In this document: positions 1 through 13,146 of the stretch, piece by piece
Position numbering within the stretch: position 1 is the first letter of the stretch
Layout of the letters: every line of letters starts with the position of its first letter
Assembly: GCA_951406725.2 (NCBI GenBank)
Contig: OX597826.1
Span: forward strand, 71,610,001 to 71,674,000
Direction: 5' to 3'
DNA: 64,000 bases
Source: Octopus vulgaris
Taxonomy: Eukaryota
Notes under the pieces: model-generated
The model's input: the letters and a program-made list of their open reading frames with translations, nothing else
Told to the model about the DNA's origin: nothing
Database searches by the model: none
Made by a program: the position numbers and the translations under genes

Positions 1-301
1 TGCAAAATTATGTGACTGTTGGTATTAAGAGAGACTGATAACTTCGTTAGACATGATTACTGCAGGGTATTTCTGTTTGAATGCACCAGTTTATTGTTCA
101 CCAGACTGATATGCATAAACATACACACACACACACACGACAAGCCTCTAAGAAGTTTCTTTCCCTTAAATTCCATTCACAAGGCAGCGGTGTACTTGAA
201 ACTATATTAGAAGATACTTGCCCAAAATGCCATGCACTTAGAATTGAACCCCAAAATCAAATTGCAAAGCAGACGTCCTAACCACACAGCCATGCCTGTG
301 C

Positions 302-336
<35 letters not shown>

Positions 337-338
<2 letters not shown>

Positions 339-575
339 TTTACTCGTTTCAGTCATTTGACTGTGGCCATGCTGGAGCACCGCCTTTAGTCGAGCAAATC
401 GACCCCAGGACTTATTCTTTGTAAGCCCAGTACTTATTCTATCGGTCTCTTTTGCCGAACCGTTAGGTTACGGGGACCTAAACACACCAGCATTGGTTGT
501 CAAGCAATGTTGGGAGGACAAACACAGACACACAAACATATACACACACATACATACATACATACAACGGGTTTC
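337..575 (-). mobile_element. SINE family A, 3' half
   Basis: Tail tttcagtcatttgactgtggccatgctggagcacc followed by body. Confidence 0.85.
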
Positions 576-577
576 TA

Positions 578-635
<58 letters not shown>

Positions 636-1224
636 CATATATACACACACACAATTTGATGTAGGGAGTGGATGAAGTACCCATGGCAATAACAATTACA
701 AATGTCAAAAAGTAGGAGGAAAAAAACTGTGATTAAAAACAATAAATAATTCAGACAAAAACAAAAAAAGAATGATTTTTTAATCAGTTTCTACTCCAGC
801 CACCTCCGTTAGATCTCTTACAATAATACTTTTAGTACAGCAAGATCTTACAAGCATGTACTAACGAATCTATTCTCATGACAGATTAATATTTTCAGAG
901 AGACAGAGGGCAAGAGAATAGTTTATACATTAAAACTAAAAGAGCAATGGGTGGAAATGAGGAACACTATATATAGAAAAATGGTGTGTGTGTGTGTGTG
1001 TGTGTGTGTGGAAGGGTCAGTTCATCAAAGGACAAAGAAAAGTAAACATATTTTTTTGTAGCATGTTATGGCATTGTGTCAGCTGAATTTAAAGCAGAAA
1101 GCTACGGTAGAAAAAGTGCAGTGATTTTATTTTTAACCTTTATGAAATGACTTGAGATCTACCAAGCCTCACCATATTTCCCCCCACCATAAAAAGTAAG
1201 ATAGGGTTTCGCTGGAACGGCAGA

Positions 1225-1350
1225 ACATTTGCTTCCCAACCATATGGTTCCACGTTCAGTCCTACTGTATGGCACTTTGGGCAAGCGTCTTGAGTCTCAG
1301 GTTAACCAAAGACTTGTGAGTGGAGTTGGTAGGTGGAAACTGAAAGAAGC

Positions 1351-1400
<50 letters not shown>

Positions 1401-1680
1401 GATAGATAAAGATGGAGACAAGCACCAACGTCCCATGTAGCTTGATAATTGCTAAGATTTCTCTCAGCATGAAACCAATGGTAGCCTTGTTAACCCACAA
1501 ATAAAGTACATGTATATGTGTTTGTCTCCCACCACCACTTGACAATTGGTGTTGGTGTGTTTACATCCACTATAACTTAGCAGTTCATAAAAAAAAAGAC
1601 CAATAGAATAAGTACAAGGCTTACAAAAATAAGCACAGGGAGGGGGGGTCAATTCATTCAATATGCTCCTAGAATGACAA
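1225..1680 (+). mobile_element. SINE family A, degenerate
   Basis: gcttcccaaccatatggttcc...ggaaactgaaagaagccc, microsatellite, then body. Confidence 0.75.
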
Positions 1681-1839
1681 CTTAGTACTAAGACTATCAT
1701 AAAGTAACATTCTATCATGATGAAGACGATGTGCAATTTGATAAACTGTCGTCAACTTTTTCCAATCTAAATTAGTTCGATCAGAAGAATACATTAACGC
1801 CTGAATTGGTGGAGAAAGGCAATATTGCTGATACATGTT

Positions 1840-1990
1840 ATAATAGCCCTGTTTTTCACCACATGGTATAATAACAACCCTGCCACTCACCACATGGTAC
1901 AATAGCCATCTTTTACAACATGGTTCAACAATAGCCCTGTTATTCACTACATGGTACAACAACCCTGCCACTTATTGCATGGTATGACTA
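1840..1990. repeat. Minisatellite, unit about 30 bp, about 5 copies
   Basis: Units resembling aatagccctgtt...cacatggtac. Confidence 0.75.
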
Positions 1991-2244
1991 CAGCCACGCA
2001 ACACAGCGCATTGTTAATATTTACAAATGATATTACATCTTTTCTCTTCTTAGACTTGTTTTGATAAACCTGGATGCAGGTTCTAATCACTCAGCCATAC
2101 TGGGACTCAAACACACTCAACAACAACAATGCACTGAGGAGATACGATAAAGGATGGATAACATCTTGCAGCGGTTGAAATGCAAGTAAACAGCAACAAT
2201 TGTCAACAGGGAGAGGAAGGGGAGATCTCTAAAACATTTACAGA

Positions 2245-2835
<591 letters not shown>

Positions 2836-3624
2836 TAAGCTTCTTACCACCCAGCTAATATACTTATATGGAAAGAGTTTCTGGTTTCCCTGCCTGGATA
2901 TAAACAATGGAATTGGAGATCTGTTTTGACTAAGAATTCAAACCAGGTCACTGATTCTTTACGATGAGACCAGCTGCCTTATAAGTGCTTCCACATTACA
3001 TGATATTTATATTAATAATTACCGACTTTAGCTCAAGGCAACAAATTTGTAAGGAAATTTGTAACTTATTGAGAGAAAGGGAGGGGAATGACAAGGTCAA
3101 CAACATAAAGGAATACTGGTGAATGCTGTGAGGAATTTAATACAGCATTACCAATTCTGCTGCACCACTGGTCTAAAATAATAAATGAAATTGTAGAAAG
3201 GATGTGTGTGGAAGGGGGTTGTTTATACACTGGCTCCTTTTCTTTCTTTTAGTTCAGTTATTTGATATTCTTCAGAAATCCGTGAATTAGTTCTCTCATT
3301 TAAGTACTGATCTCCCACACAATCTCTTTTCTTTGCTCTTTCTCTTTACAAGGCTTTTCAACCAAAAATAATAAATAAACTGATAAATAATAATGACAAC
3401 TGAAGGACACGTTATGTAATTTCAGATTTTCAAATAAATAAGGACACACAGACACACACACACAGATGCATGCATAGACACGCATAGATACATAGGCCAC
3501 AATTGAGTTTGGAATACATAAAACACAAATGGCCACAATGGATTTCAGAAAATTAAAAAAATATAATATATTAAGGAATGTTCAAAGAAATCAAAAGACA
3601 ATAATAACAACAACAATAATAATA

Positions 3625-5010
3625 ATAATGGTTTCAAACTTTGGTACAAGGCCAGCAAGTTTGAGGGAAGTAGGTAACTCAATCACATTGACCCCAGTGG
3701 GAAACTGGTACTTGCTTTATCGACCCCAAAAGGATGAAAGACAAAGTCAATCTCAGCAGAATTTGAACTCCAGAATGTAAAGACAGATGAAATGCCACTA
3801 AGCATTTTGCTGGTGGTGCTTAACAATTCTACCAGCCCAATGCCTTAATAATAATAATAAATAATCCTTTCTAATATAGGCACAGACCCTACAAATCTGG
3901 AGAGAGGAGTCTAGTCAATTACAATAACCCCGGTGGTCAACTGGTACTTCTTTCTTGATTGAACCCCCAAAAGAATGACAGGCAAAGCTGAACTAGGCAG
4001 AATTTGAACTCAGGACATAAAAAAGAGCCAGGAATTTCTGCAAAGCATTTTTTTCTGACACACTAACATTTCTTATTTCTTTATTGCCCATAAGGGGCTA
4101 AACATAGAGGGGACAAACAAGGACAGACAAAGGGATTTAATCGATTAGATCGACACCCCTACCCCCACCCCAGTGTGTAACTGGCACTTAATTTATCGAC
4201 CCCGAAAAGCTGAAAGGCAAAGTCGACCTCGGTGGAATTTGAACTCAGAACGTAACGGCAGACGAAATACCGCTAAGCATTTCGCCCGGCAGGCTAACGT
4301 TTCTGCTAGATCACTTGCCTCATAATAATTGCTTCAAATTTTGACACAAGGCCTACAATTTGGGGGAATTGGGAGGAAGGGTGGGGTCAGTAGATCGCAT
4401 CGTATCACCCACCACCACCACCACCACCACACACTATTTGACTGGTACTGGATTTCATTGATGTTGAAAGATCAGCAAAGCTAACCCCAGTAGAATTTGA
4501 TCTCAGAGTGTAAGGAACTAGACCAAATACCACACAGTATATTTTCTGACACACTAACGATTCTGCCAATTCAACCACCTTAATAATAACAACTACACTT
4601 TCTACTGTAAAAACAAGGCCTGACATTTGGTGGGGGAGGCCAGCCTAATTGATTACACCCCCCCACCCCCAGTACTTATTTTATCGACATTGGGAAGAAA
4701 AAAAAATGAAAAGCAAGGTTGACCTCGGCAGAATTTGAACTGAGAACAGAGAGACAAACGAAGTACCACTAAGTATTTTGTTTGGTGTGCTACTGATTCT
4801 GCCAGCTCACCACCTTCAATAATTCTTTCTACTATAGGCACAAGGTCTGAAATTTTTTAAGGGCTGGAGCTAGTTGATTATATCAACCCTGAAAGGATGA
4901 AAGGCAAAGTCGACCTCAGCGGAATCTGAACTCAGAACGTGAAAAAAAAACATGAAACATCACCAAGCATTTTGCCCAGCAATGCAACCAAGTCTGCCAC
5001 CTCACTGCTT
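3625..5010 (-). mobile_element. Cluster of about 6 SINE family B copies in (AAT)n tracts
   Basis: Repeated cgaccccgaaaggatgaaaggcaaagtcgacctcggcggaatttgaactcagaacgt cores. Confidence 0.8.
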
Positions 5011-5011
5011 T

Positions 5012-5445
5012 TAACTCTTTAGTGTCAAAATAATACTTACTAATTCATATTGTTTCCAATTAACGAAGCATTATTTTGTTGCTTCAATATTTTGATGATG
5101 TGATCCTTTATTTTTAGAATGACATTATAAGGTTGATGAGAGAGACCGGATCTAACCAGTTTGAACATGAAACATGTAGAATTATTCGGCCAGATTTCGC
5201 CAGATTAAATGCTACGTGGTTAATTAACCCTTTAGCATTCAGATTATTCTGTCAAACGCAACGCTAATTAATTCACATTGCTTTTAATTAATCTTGCATA
5301 ATCTTGTAGCTTTGAGATTTTGATGAGGTAACTTAATTCTTAGAATGACATTGTAGGGTTGATGTGAGAGGCCAGATCCGATTGGCTTGAGCATAAAACA
5401 GGTAGAATATTTTGGCCAGATATGGCCAGTTTAAATGTTAAAGGC
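5012..5445. mobile_element. Two tandem TTAA MITEs of the second family
   Basis: ttaaccctttagcattc...taaatgttaaaggcttaa at 5228-5445, with a degenerate copy just upstream. Confidence 0.7.
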
Positions 5446-6859
5446 TTAATAATAATAATAATAATAATGGTTTTGGATTTTGCCACAAGGACAGCAATTT
5501 TGAGGGGGAGGGAATGTGTTGATTACATTGACCCAGTGTTCAACTGCTCCTTATTTTATCAACCCCAAAAGGATGAAAGGTAAAGTCAACCTCGGCGGAA
5601 TTTGAACTCAGAACATCAAGATGAACAAAATGCCGCTAAACATTAAGCATTTCGCCCGGTGTGCTAACGATTCTGTCAGCTCGGCACCTTAATAATAATA
5701 ATAACGAATATATTATTTGGAAAATTGAAAATAAACTAGCAAACTAATGGTGGTAATAAAAGATTTGAATACTGGTAACTTTTAGTTAGCTCAAAAGACA
5801 TTCATTCATTCATTTATCGATCCAGCAACAGCAGCCCTGGGGCAGATGTAATCGACTTAACTACTTCTGGACATGAGTATAAAAAACAGCTTCCATCTGC
5901 CAAGTCATGTGGAGCAGGTGTGGAAGAGTAGACTCATCAAACCAGTATGATCTCAAGCTGAAATACACATAAGAAAGGAGGTTGGTGGAGAGAACATGCT
6001 GAGACCTTCATCCTGCAGTGGACCAAACAGAAGCAATTCAATCCAGATTCTACTTTTAGCCTGTAATGATTGTTTTGGCTTGAATTTGAGCTACACACGC
6101 ACAATTGTTTATTAATTGAATAGGTGCCATGTTGTTACTGCAAATGGCCCTTGGAATGTTCTGAGTTGATTTTGTCTTTTTTAATTATGTAAACAGAAAT
6201 AAATGAGGTTACAAGATAAAGATTCCGGAGATATAGAAGAGATATCAGTGAGAGTAACTCATGTATCAAGAAGTTATCCATCATGAAAAATGTGTTGATT
6301 ACCATTGATTGAAACCCAGCAGAAGGTCCAGGCCATGCTGCAGGGTTGCCACTTGTGTACCTGAATGACACTGAGAGCTGTGCCAGCAGAACACAAGCTC
6401 TTGGGTGGGGCTACCCATGCAGGGTAGTTCAAAGGATAGAGGCCAGACTAATATGGACTACCTCATTCCAGGGTAAAAATGGGTTTGCAAAGGGCCAACA
6501 TCCAATTAAAAAAAATTTTTTTAATTAAAAAGTTATAAACATATTCAATGACAATTCAAAACAACAGAACCTGCGAGAGGGAAAAAGACACCCCAGAATC
6601 AAGAAAAATGAACAAAAAGTCATTGACAACCCACCTATGCCCCCCACAAGGAGCAAAGGGCTTAAAAAAGGTATGGATTCAAACAAGTGGCAAATTGCAA
6701 AAAATTATCCAGAAGACATCAAATGAAAATAAGAAATGCAAAGATATGAACAGGTGCAATAGAAATTTAACAGATGATTAATATTCTGAACAACAACATC
6801 AAAAAAATGATCTTCTTGAAAGCAGTTGCTCAAAAATCTGCAATTTGAATATCTTATTA

Positions 6860-7220
6860 TCCTTTATTTGTTTTAGTCATTAGATTGTGGCCATGCTGGG
6901 GCACCACTATGGAGAATTTTAATCAAACATATCAACCCCAGTAGTTATTTTTTTTAAGCCTGGTACTTATTTTATCAGTCTCTTTTTTTTTCTTTTTTGC
7001 CAAACTGCTAAGTTACAGGGACATAAACACAGACAAAAAAAAACACAGATATATGTATATAAGATGGGTTTCTTTCTGTTTCCATTTACCAAATCCACTC
7101 ACAAGGCTTTGGTCAGGCCAAAGCTAGAATAGAAGAAACTTGCCCAAGGTACCATGCAGTAGGACTGAACCCGAAAGCATGTGGTTGAGAAGCAAACTTC
7201 TTACCACACAGCCACACCTA
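6860..7220 (-). mobile_element. SINE family A
   Basis: Tail-to-head match to family A. Confidence 0.8.
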
Positions 7221-7951
7221 TCAATATACGATGTTTTACTTGGATCATTTTTTTCCTTTTATTCTGGATAAATTTTTTAAATAAATTATTTGAAAATAAC
7301 TTCTAGTTTACAACAATACTTTTTCTTCTACATTAATACCAAAGTTCATTTATATATCCTTTTATATTCTATATACACAATTTTACATACATTTCTTTGT
7401 TTTGATTTGTTCAGTAAAATATAGGAAAGAAAAAAAAAAGATTTTTTTCATGTACGGAAGGATTTTATCCTAACAATATTTTCATGGTTTTGTTTCCTTT
7501 TCTGACACTCCATTCCAGTAATCATTATTCATCACAAAATAATGAGCTGGCACAATTCTTAGCATGTCAGACAAAATACTTAGCAGCATTGCTTCCAACA
7601 TTTTATGTTCTAAGTTCAAATTCTGCTGGAGTCAAATTTCCCTTCTGTTCCTTCAGGATCAATGAAATAAGTTTAGTTGAACGGTGAGGTCAATATAATT
7701 AACTTAGCCCTTAACCCCCAAGCTAGAATTGCTTGATCTGTGCCAAAATTTGAAACAGCTATTCCACACATCTTTAACACTGATAGAAAGAGAAAGTTTA
7801 TATTCTCTAACTCCAGTTTCAATACCTCGTTTAAGCACCTGATTTAGTAATCAGGTGGCATTCTGATTTTGATGCTGGCAATCTGGTGACGAATCGGTTG
7901 ATGTTAAATTAACCAATAATGAACTAACAGGTAAGAAAATAACCTCATGCC

Positions 7952-8000
<49 letters not shown>

Positions 8001-8344
8001 TATATGCATGTCTGTCTTCACGAAATGTGCATGTTTAAGGTATGTGTGCATGTGTACATACACACACATCGAGATCAAATTTAAGATTTGGATGTATGTG
8101 TATATATATGCATATGTATGTATGTGTGTGTGTGTATGTATGTATACACACATATATTAAATATATATATATTGTATAATTTACTTTTCCGTTAAGGTAA
8201 AATCAACAAAAAAAGTACTCCATCTGGTGAGAGATATATATTGTTTAATGTACAGAGTATATAGTTATGAGCTACCTACTAAGAGCAGGTCACAACTATA
8301 TACTGTGTACATTAAATTTTATACATATATATATATATATATAT

Positions 8345-8479
8345 ATAGAATGGTTGTATACTGTCAATCTAACGCGAACGTGACAGTAGGGGATTACACC
8401 TCCGCTGTTTAGCCCTAGGAAGTGGTGTAATCCTCTACTGTCACGTTCACGTTAGATTGACAGTATACAACCATTCTAT
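8345..8479. repeat. 56-bp inverted repeat (54/56) with 23-bp loop
   Basis: Arms at 8345-8400 and 8424-8479. Confidence 0.9.
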
Positions 8480-9487
8480 TGCCCCACCACCGTACATATC
8501 TCTATGAGATATTTAGAAATTTAATATTTCTGATATATATATATATATATACATAAATGTGTGTCATATATATATTTATATATATATATAAAACTACTTT
8601 TTGCGAAACAAACTGCAAAAACTTTGGACATGTGTTTTGGGTGTGACAAAAGAGAAAAAAACAAAAACATCATTATAATTGATGTGTGAGGTTTTGCTTG
8701 TGTTTCTGTGTGTGTGTGTGTGTGCATGGAGGAAGTTCATGTAGCTGTGTATGTCTACACAAACTGAGACCAACATAACATTCGATTATTTTCAACGACT
8801 GTGGTTGTATTGTCTATGCACGTGTATGTTTGCAATGTGTGGGTGTAAGTATGCATAAATGTAAACCTATACAGCTGTGCATTTATACCTGTATGTTTGA
8901 TTAAGTGAGTGTGTGTATGCATAAATGTACACCTATACATTTGTACCTGTATGTTTGATTAAGTGAGTGTGCGTATATACATATATCTATATGTATGTGT
9001 ATGAAAGTGTGTATCTATGTGTTTATATTTATATGTTTGCGTGTGTTGCGTGTTGTTTTTTTAGGGGTTTTTTTTCTAAAGAGATACAATAAATAAGCAA
9101 AGAGACAAAATTGAAAATTGATCCGAAGTTATTAATAGGAAAGTGAAACTGTCAATCAATAAATAAGGTCCGGGTTATATAAATATTTGCAGATGATGGG
9201 AGGTAACTCTGCTGCCGTCGAGTATTGGTCACCTACCTTCTCTGACGCACACACACACATACATACTCATACACACACATACTGGTTTCTATTAAAAACA
9301 CGTCTGAAAGCTACAATATGTTGATTTTAAACATTTTTCAATCCTTGTAGAGAAGACTTTGCAATTCAAAAAAAAAAAAAAACAATTTCAAAAAAAAAAA
9401 AAGGACAGCAGTCATGCCCCACCATTACTGATATCCAAAGACACACAGACAGAGAGCCAATAAGTAACAGACTGCCACGTGTGGTCC

Positions 9488-10981
9488 TCATGAAACCAGA
9501 TCGTCTAACATAATATACTTTATGAGGGGAGACGGTAGTTTGCGCTGTGCTGCCAAATAATTTAGCTTAGCTTGCAGGTCTTCACCAAACATGTGTCGAA
9601 TTGCAAGACGCGTAGAATGAGCCAAAGAACACGGGGAATGGATGTAATCGAGAACCCATTTCTCTAAGTCCGGCTGAGCTTGTAAAGCAGCAGGAAGGTT
9701 TTGTTTCCTAAGCCAGATATCTTTCACTGGACACCCGGCACGAATGAGCAGTTTTATAATAGTCTCGTCACCCAATTCAAACGCGTATTGAATAGGCGTC
9801 ATTGGTTTTAATAGACAGTATTTATTGCAAGGAATGTTTAATTGACTGTTGGCCCTGAGCAGAAGTCGAATTAAATAGAGGTTTTTAAGCCCAACAGCTA
9901 AGTAAAGCGGTGTTTGTCCCATTTTACCTTCAGTACGTATCCTAACGCCACTCTCGAGAAGAAGTTCCAAGATTTTCAACGACTGAGATAGAATCGGTAA
10001 CAAAACAAGTGGAACTTTCTTTTGTTTGTTTCTGTAATTGATGTCTGCCCCAAACTGAATGAGAATATTAACAAGATCGTAGTTATTGTCGTTCACAGCA
10101 ATCCACAACGGTGTCTCGTCTAAATTGTTCTTTATATTTAAATTGGCTTTTGCTGCTAGCAGATGAATTACAGCTTTTATATCACCCTTTGCTGTTGCAA
10201 TGTGCAGCGGTGTTGATCCGTCGACGTTGCAGATGTCTGGAGATGCACCCGCATCCAGCAACAGCTTCAGACTTGAGTAGTTTACTGTTTTATTAGAGAC
10301 AACTAACAAGAGGGGAGTGAGTCCGTTGGTATACACAGCATTCACATCAGCACCACCATTCACTAATAAACATATCAAAGCAGGGTCTTCTTTAACAACG
10401 GCCAGGTAAAGAGGTGACAGGTTGATGTTTGGACATATATTGCAATCACAGCCAATGTCAACGAGAAACTTGAGAGTTTTATAGAACTGTAGCTTCAATC
10501 CGGTCTGATAGCAGAGTAAAGCCCTTAGTAAAGGAGTTAATCCCTGCTTATTGACGGCATCCTTCACTGCATCATCATAATCTAACAAAACTTTGGTGCA
10601 CATATGATGTGCATACATGGCAGCCAGATGCAGTGCCGAATCACCATTTTTGTCAGGCAAACTCACTTCAGCACCATAACGAATTAGTAGATGAAGGCCT
10701 TCAACAACTCCATTTTTCACCATAATATGGATTCCAGCCTGACTAAGGTGCCATGACTGAACAAATGGCTCGTTAAAGCGATGATTTACCACGGTTGGAG
10801 TAGATTGTAAAATCTTTTCTACAGCACCCAGATCATTGTTGATCAATGCTTGGTAGAAGTTGTAGACTACGGCAACAACTCCATTCAGAGGTAACATAGA
10901 GCTGTCATCGTTATCACAGGGCAGTGAGAGAGAATCACATAGAAAGAGAGGCGGTTCACTCAGCTTCGGAAACTGCTCCAT
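9488..10981 (-). CDS. Ankyrin repeat and SOCS box-containing (ASB-family) protein, 497 aa, single coding exon
   Basis: About 10 ankyrin repeats (GDSALHLAA, GLTPLL, GSTPLHIA, ETPLWIAV, GQTPLYLAV). C-terminal SOCS box PCSLAHSTRLAIRHMF...KLPSPLIKYIML (BC box plus LPxPL Cul5 box). In-frame TGA 4 codons upstream fixes the ATG. Strong acceptor (cttttctcctctttcag) at 11007-11023, so the exon starts at 11006. Confidence 0.92.
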   Translation of the reverse strand: MEQFPKLSEPPLFLCDSLSLPCDNDDSSMLPLNGVVAVVYNFYQALINNDLGAVEKILQSTPTVVNHRFNEPFVQSWHLSQAGIHIMVKNGVVEGLHLLIRYGAEVSLPDKNGDSALHLAAMYAHHMCTKVLLDYDDAVKDAVNKQGLTPLLRALLCYQTGLKLQFYKTLKFLVDIGCDCNICPNINLSPLYLAVVKEDPALICLLVNGGADVNAVYTNGLTPLLLVVSNKTVNYSSLKLLLDAGASPDICNVDGSTPLHIATAKGDIKAVIHLLAAKANLNIKNNLDETPLWIAVNDNNYDLVNILIQFGADINYRNKQKKVPLVLLPILSQSLKILELLLESGVRIRTEGKMGQTPLYLAVGLKNLYLIRLLLRANSQLNIPCNKYCLLKPMTPIQYAFELGDETIIKLLIRAGCPVKDIWLRKQNLPAALQAQPDLEKWVLDYIHSPCSLAHSTRLAIRHMFGEDLQAKLNYLAAQRKLPSPLIKYIMLDDLVS

Positions 10982-12358
10982 GATTCCAGCTCACTCCAAA
11001 AGAACTCTGAAAGAGGAGAAAAGTAGGTTTTAAGCTAGAGACCTCCAAATCTTTGAAGAGGGTGTTATTGAAAAGAATTCAAATTTAAATTAAACAATCT
11101 AATTAATAAACAGTAGCTTTATCCAACCCTAATATTCAATATCATAAAAATGTACAGAGGTAAAAAATAATTTAAATGGATTAGGCATAGAGCTACCAAC
11201 TGATGTGTTTTCAGTTCATATTCTACAGAAGGTCTTTCATGGTACCTCTTAAAAAGAAAAAAAAACCATCACTCTGCATTTCCTTACTTTACAGAGCTAG
11301 TAGAGTTAGTACTAGAGCTGCTGAAGGAAAATACAGTTACAATAGACTAGCTTCCCAGCCAGGAAGATAATCATTTTACTGCTCTTGTAAATGCAGAGAC
11401 TGCAGTCAATTAATTCATACTTAATATAATTAAAAGTAATTTATTCTATTGCACCCTAGAAATGATGAAACATATCTCAACAATATTTGAAACACCACAT
11501 TAGATTGCATAAGCTACCGAGAGAGCCTAATTGGTCACTCAAACAATAACAGCCAAACTCCCTCATGTCATGCCCCCACTGTCTTAAAAAAAGAAAAGAG
11601 GAATTTTGAGATGCTCTGTGTTTCTTTCAATTACTTTAAATATAACAAAGAATTTCGTAAAATAACTTAGTTATCATTCAGCTAAACTCCCTCATGTCAT
11701 GCCCCCACTGTCTTAAAAAAAGAAAAGAGGAATTTTAAAATGTGATCATGTGTATACAAATAGACCAAAAGGTCAAGTGTAAGAAATGCAATGACCATAG
11801 GTCAGGTGGATCAAGGCTGATTTTGAGTTAAACAACAATAACAAAGTATCTATCTAGTTGAGAACTGTAACAGCTATATGACACTTCCACCAAAAAATAT
11901 AATACCTGAAGAATCGGTAGAGGAGAGACAGAATGAGGTGTGTGTGTGTGCATCTGTGTCATAAAACTATTCTTACAAAATTAACATAGAAAAAAACAGA
12001 TCCTTGAGCAATACTAACCATATTACTACTAGTTAAAGTGGCCAACTAGACCACCACATAAGACTGATATTTGACTTACAGTAGGGTGGAGACAGCTTTG
12101 AGAGTTAAGTGCATTGGTGATATCCTCATGCAGTAATATGATCTGGCTGTCCATTACCTATCCTATTCCCTCAGCCATCTACTCAAAAATCTTATCACAT
12201 CATCATCATTATTTCATGTCTACTTTCCATGCTGGCATAGGTAGGATGGTCTGACACAGAAGTGGTGAGCTGTAAAGCTGTGTCGGCTCAAATATCATCT
12301 TTGGCATGATTTCTATGGCTATGCGCCCTTCCTATATATCATCATCATCATCATTTAA

Positions 12359-13146
12359 CCCTTTCGTTACTGTGTTTATTTTGAGATGCTCTGTTTCTTT
12401 CAATTACTTTAAATATGACTGACCTCGTGCCGGTGGCACGTAAAAAGCACCATCCGTTCGTGTCCGTTGCCAGCCTCGCCTGGCCCTCGTGCCGGTGGCA
12501 CATAAAAAGCACCATCCGTTCGTGGCCGTTTGCCAGCTCTGTCTGGCACCTGTGCGGGTGGCACGTAAAAAGCACCCACTACACTCACGGAGTGGTTGGC
12601 GTTAGGAAGGGCATCCAGCCGTAGAAACACTGCCAGGTTTGACTGGGCCTGATGAAGCCTTCTGGCTTCACAGACCCCAGTAGAACCATCCAACCCATGC
12701 TAGCATGGAAAACGGACGCTAAACGATAATGATGATGATGATGACAAAGAATTTAGTAAAATAACTTAGTTATCATTAAGCTAGTGTTAGGAACATAAAT
12801 TGTGACTAAGGTTTGGTGAAAGATTTTAATTCAAAATTTATGAAAAGTTATTTGTATTACAGAGCCAGAAGCTGTTTCAGCTGGGTTGGTATTGAAAGGG
12901 TTAAGAATAGTTTCTCTATTATATATTTTAACTCTTTAGTTACCATATTTCTGTTGAGATGCTCTGTGTTTCTTTCAATTACTTTAAATATAAAAAAGAA
13001 TTTAGTAAAATAACTTAGTTATCATTCAGCTAGTGTTAGGAACATAAATTGTGACTAAGGTTTGGTGGAAGATTTTAATTCAAAACTTATGAAAACAAGA
13101 CATTTGTACTACAGAGCCAGTTTCAGCCGGGTTGGTAACAAAAGAG
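12359..13146. mobile_element. Two adjacent TTAA MITEs (12359-12900, interrupted by family C; 12932-13146)
   Basis: Same family as 33800-34018 in opposite orientation, each with TTAA ends. Confidence 0.85.
12418..12743 (+). mobile_element. Family C retroposon (SINE-like, ends aacccatgctagcatggaaa...(GAT)n) inserted in a TTAA MITE
   Basis: Core agtggttggcgttaggaagggcatccagc. Other copies near 16155-16490, 17550-18050, 25980-26300, 28015-28340, 34330-34520, 56245-56540 and 59795-60060. Confidence 0.8.

Noticed and set aside
7500-7525. Minus-strand WNG as possible NXT exon 3
   Set aside because: Context (DYWNGVSEK) and splice sites do not fit NXT.
7855-7930. Plus-strand exon candidate ending CAG|GTAAGA
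   Set aside because: Stops in all three frames, weak acceptor, no partner exons.
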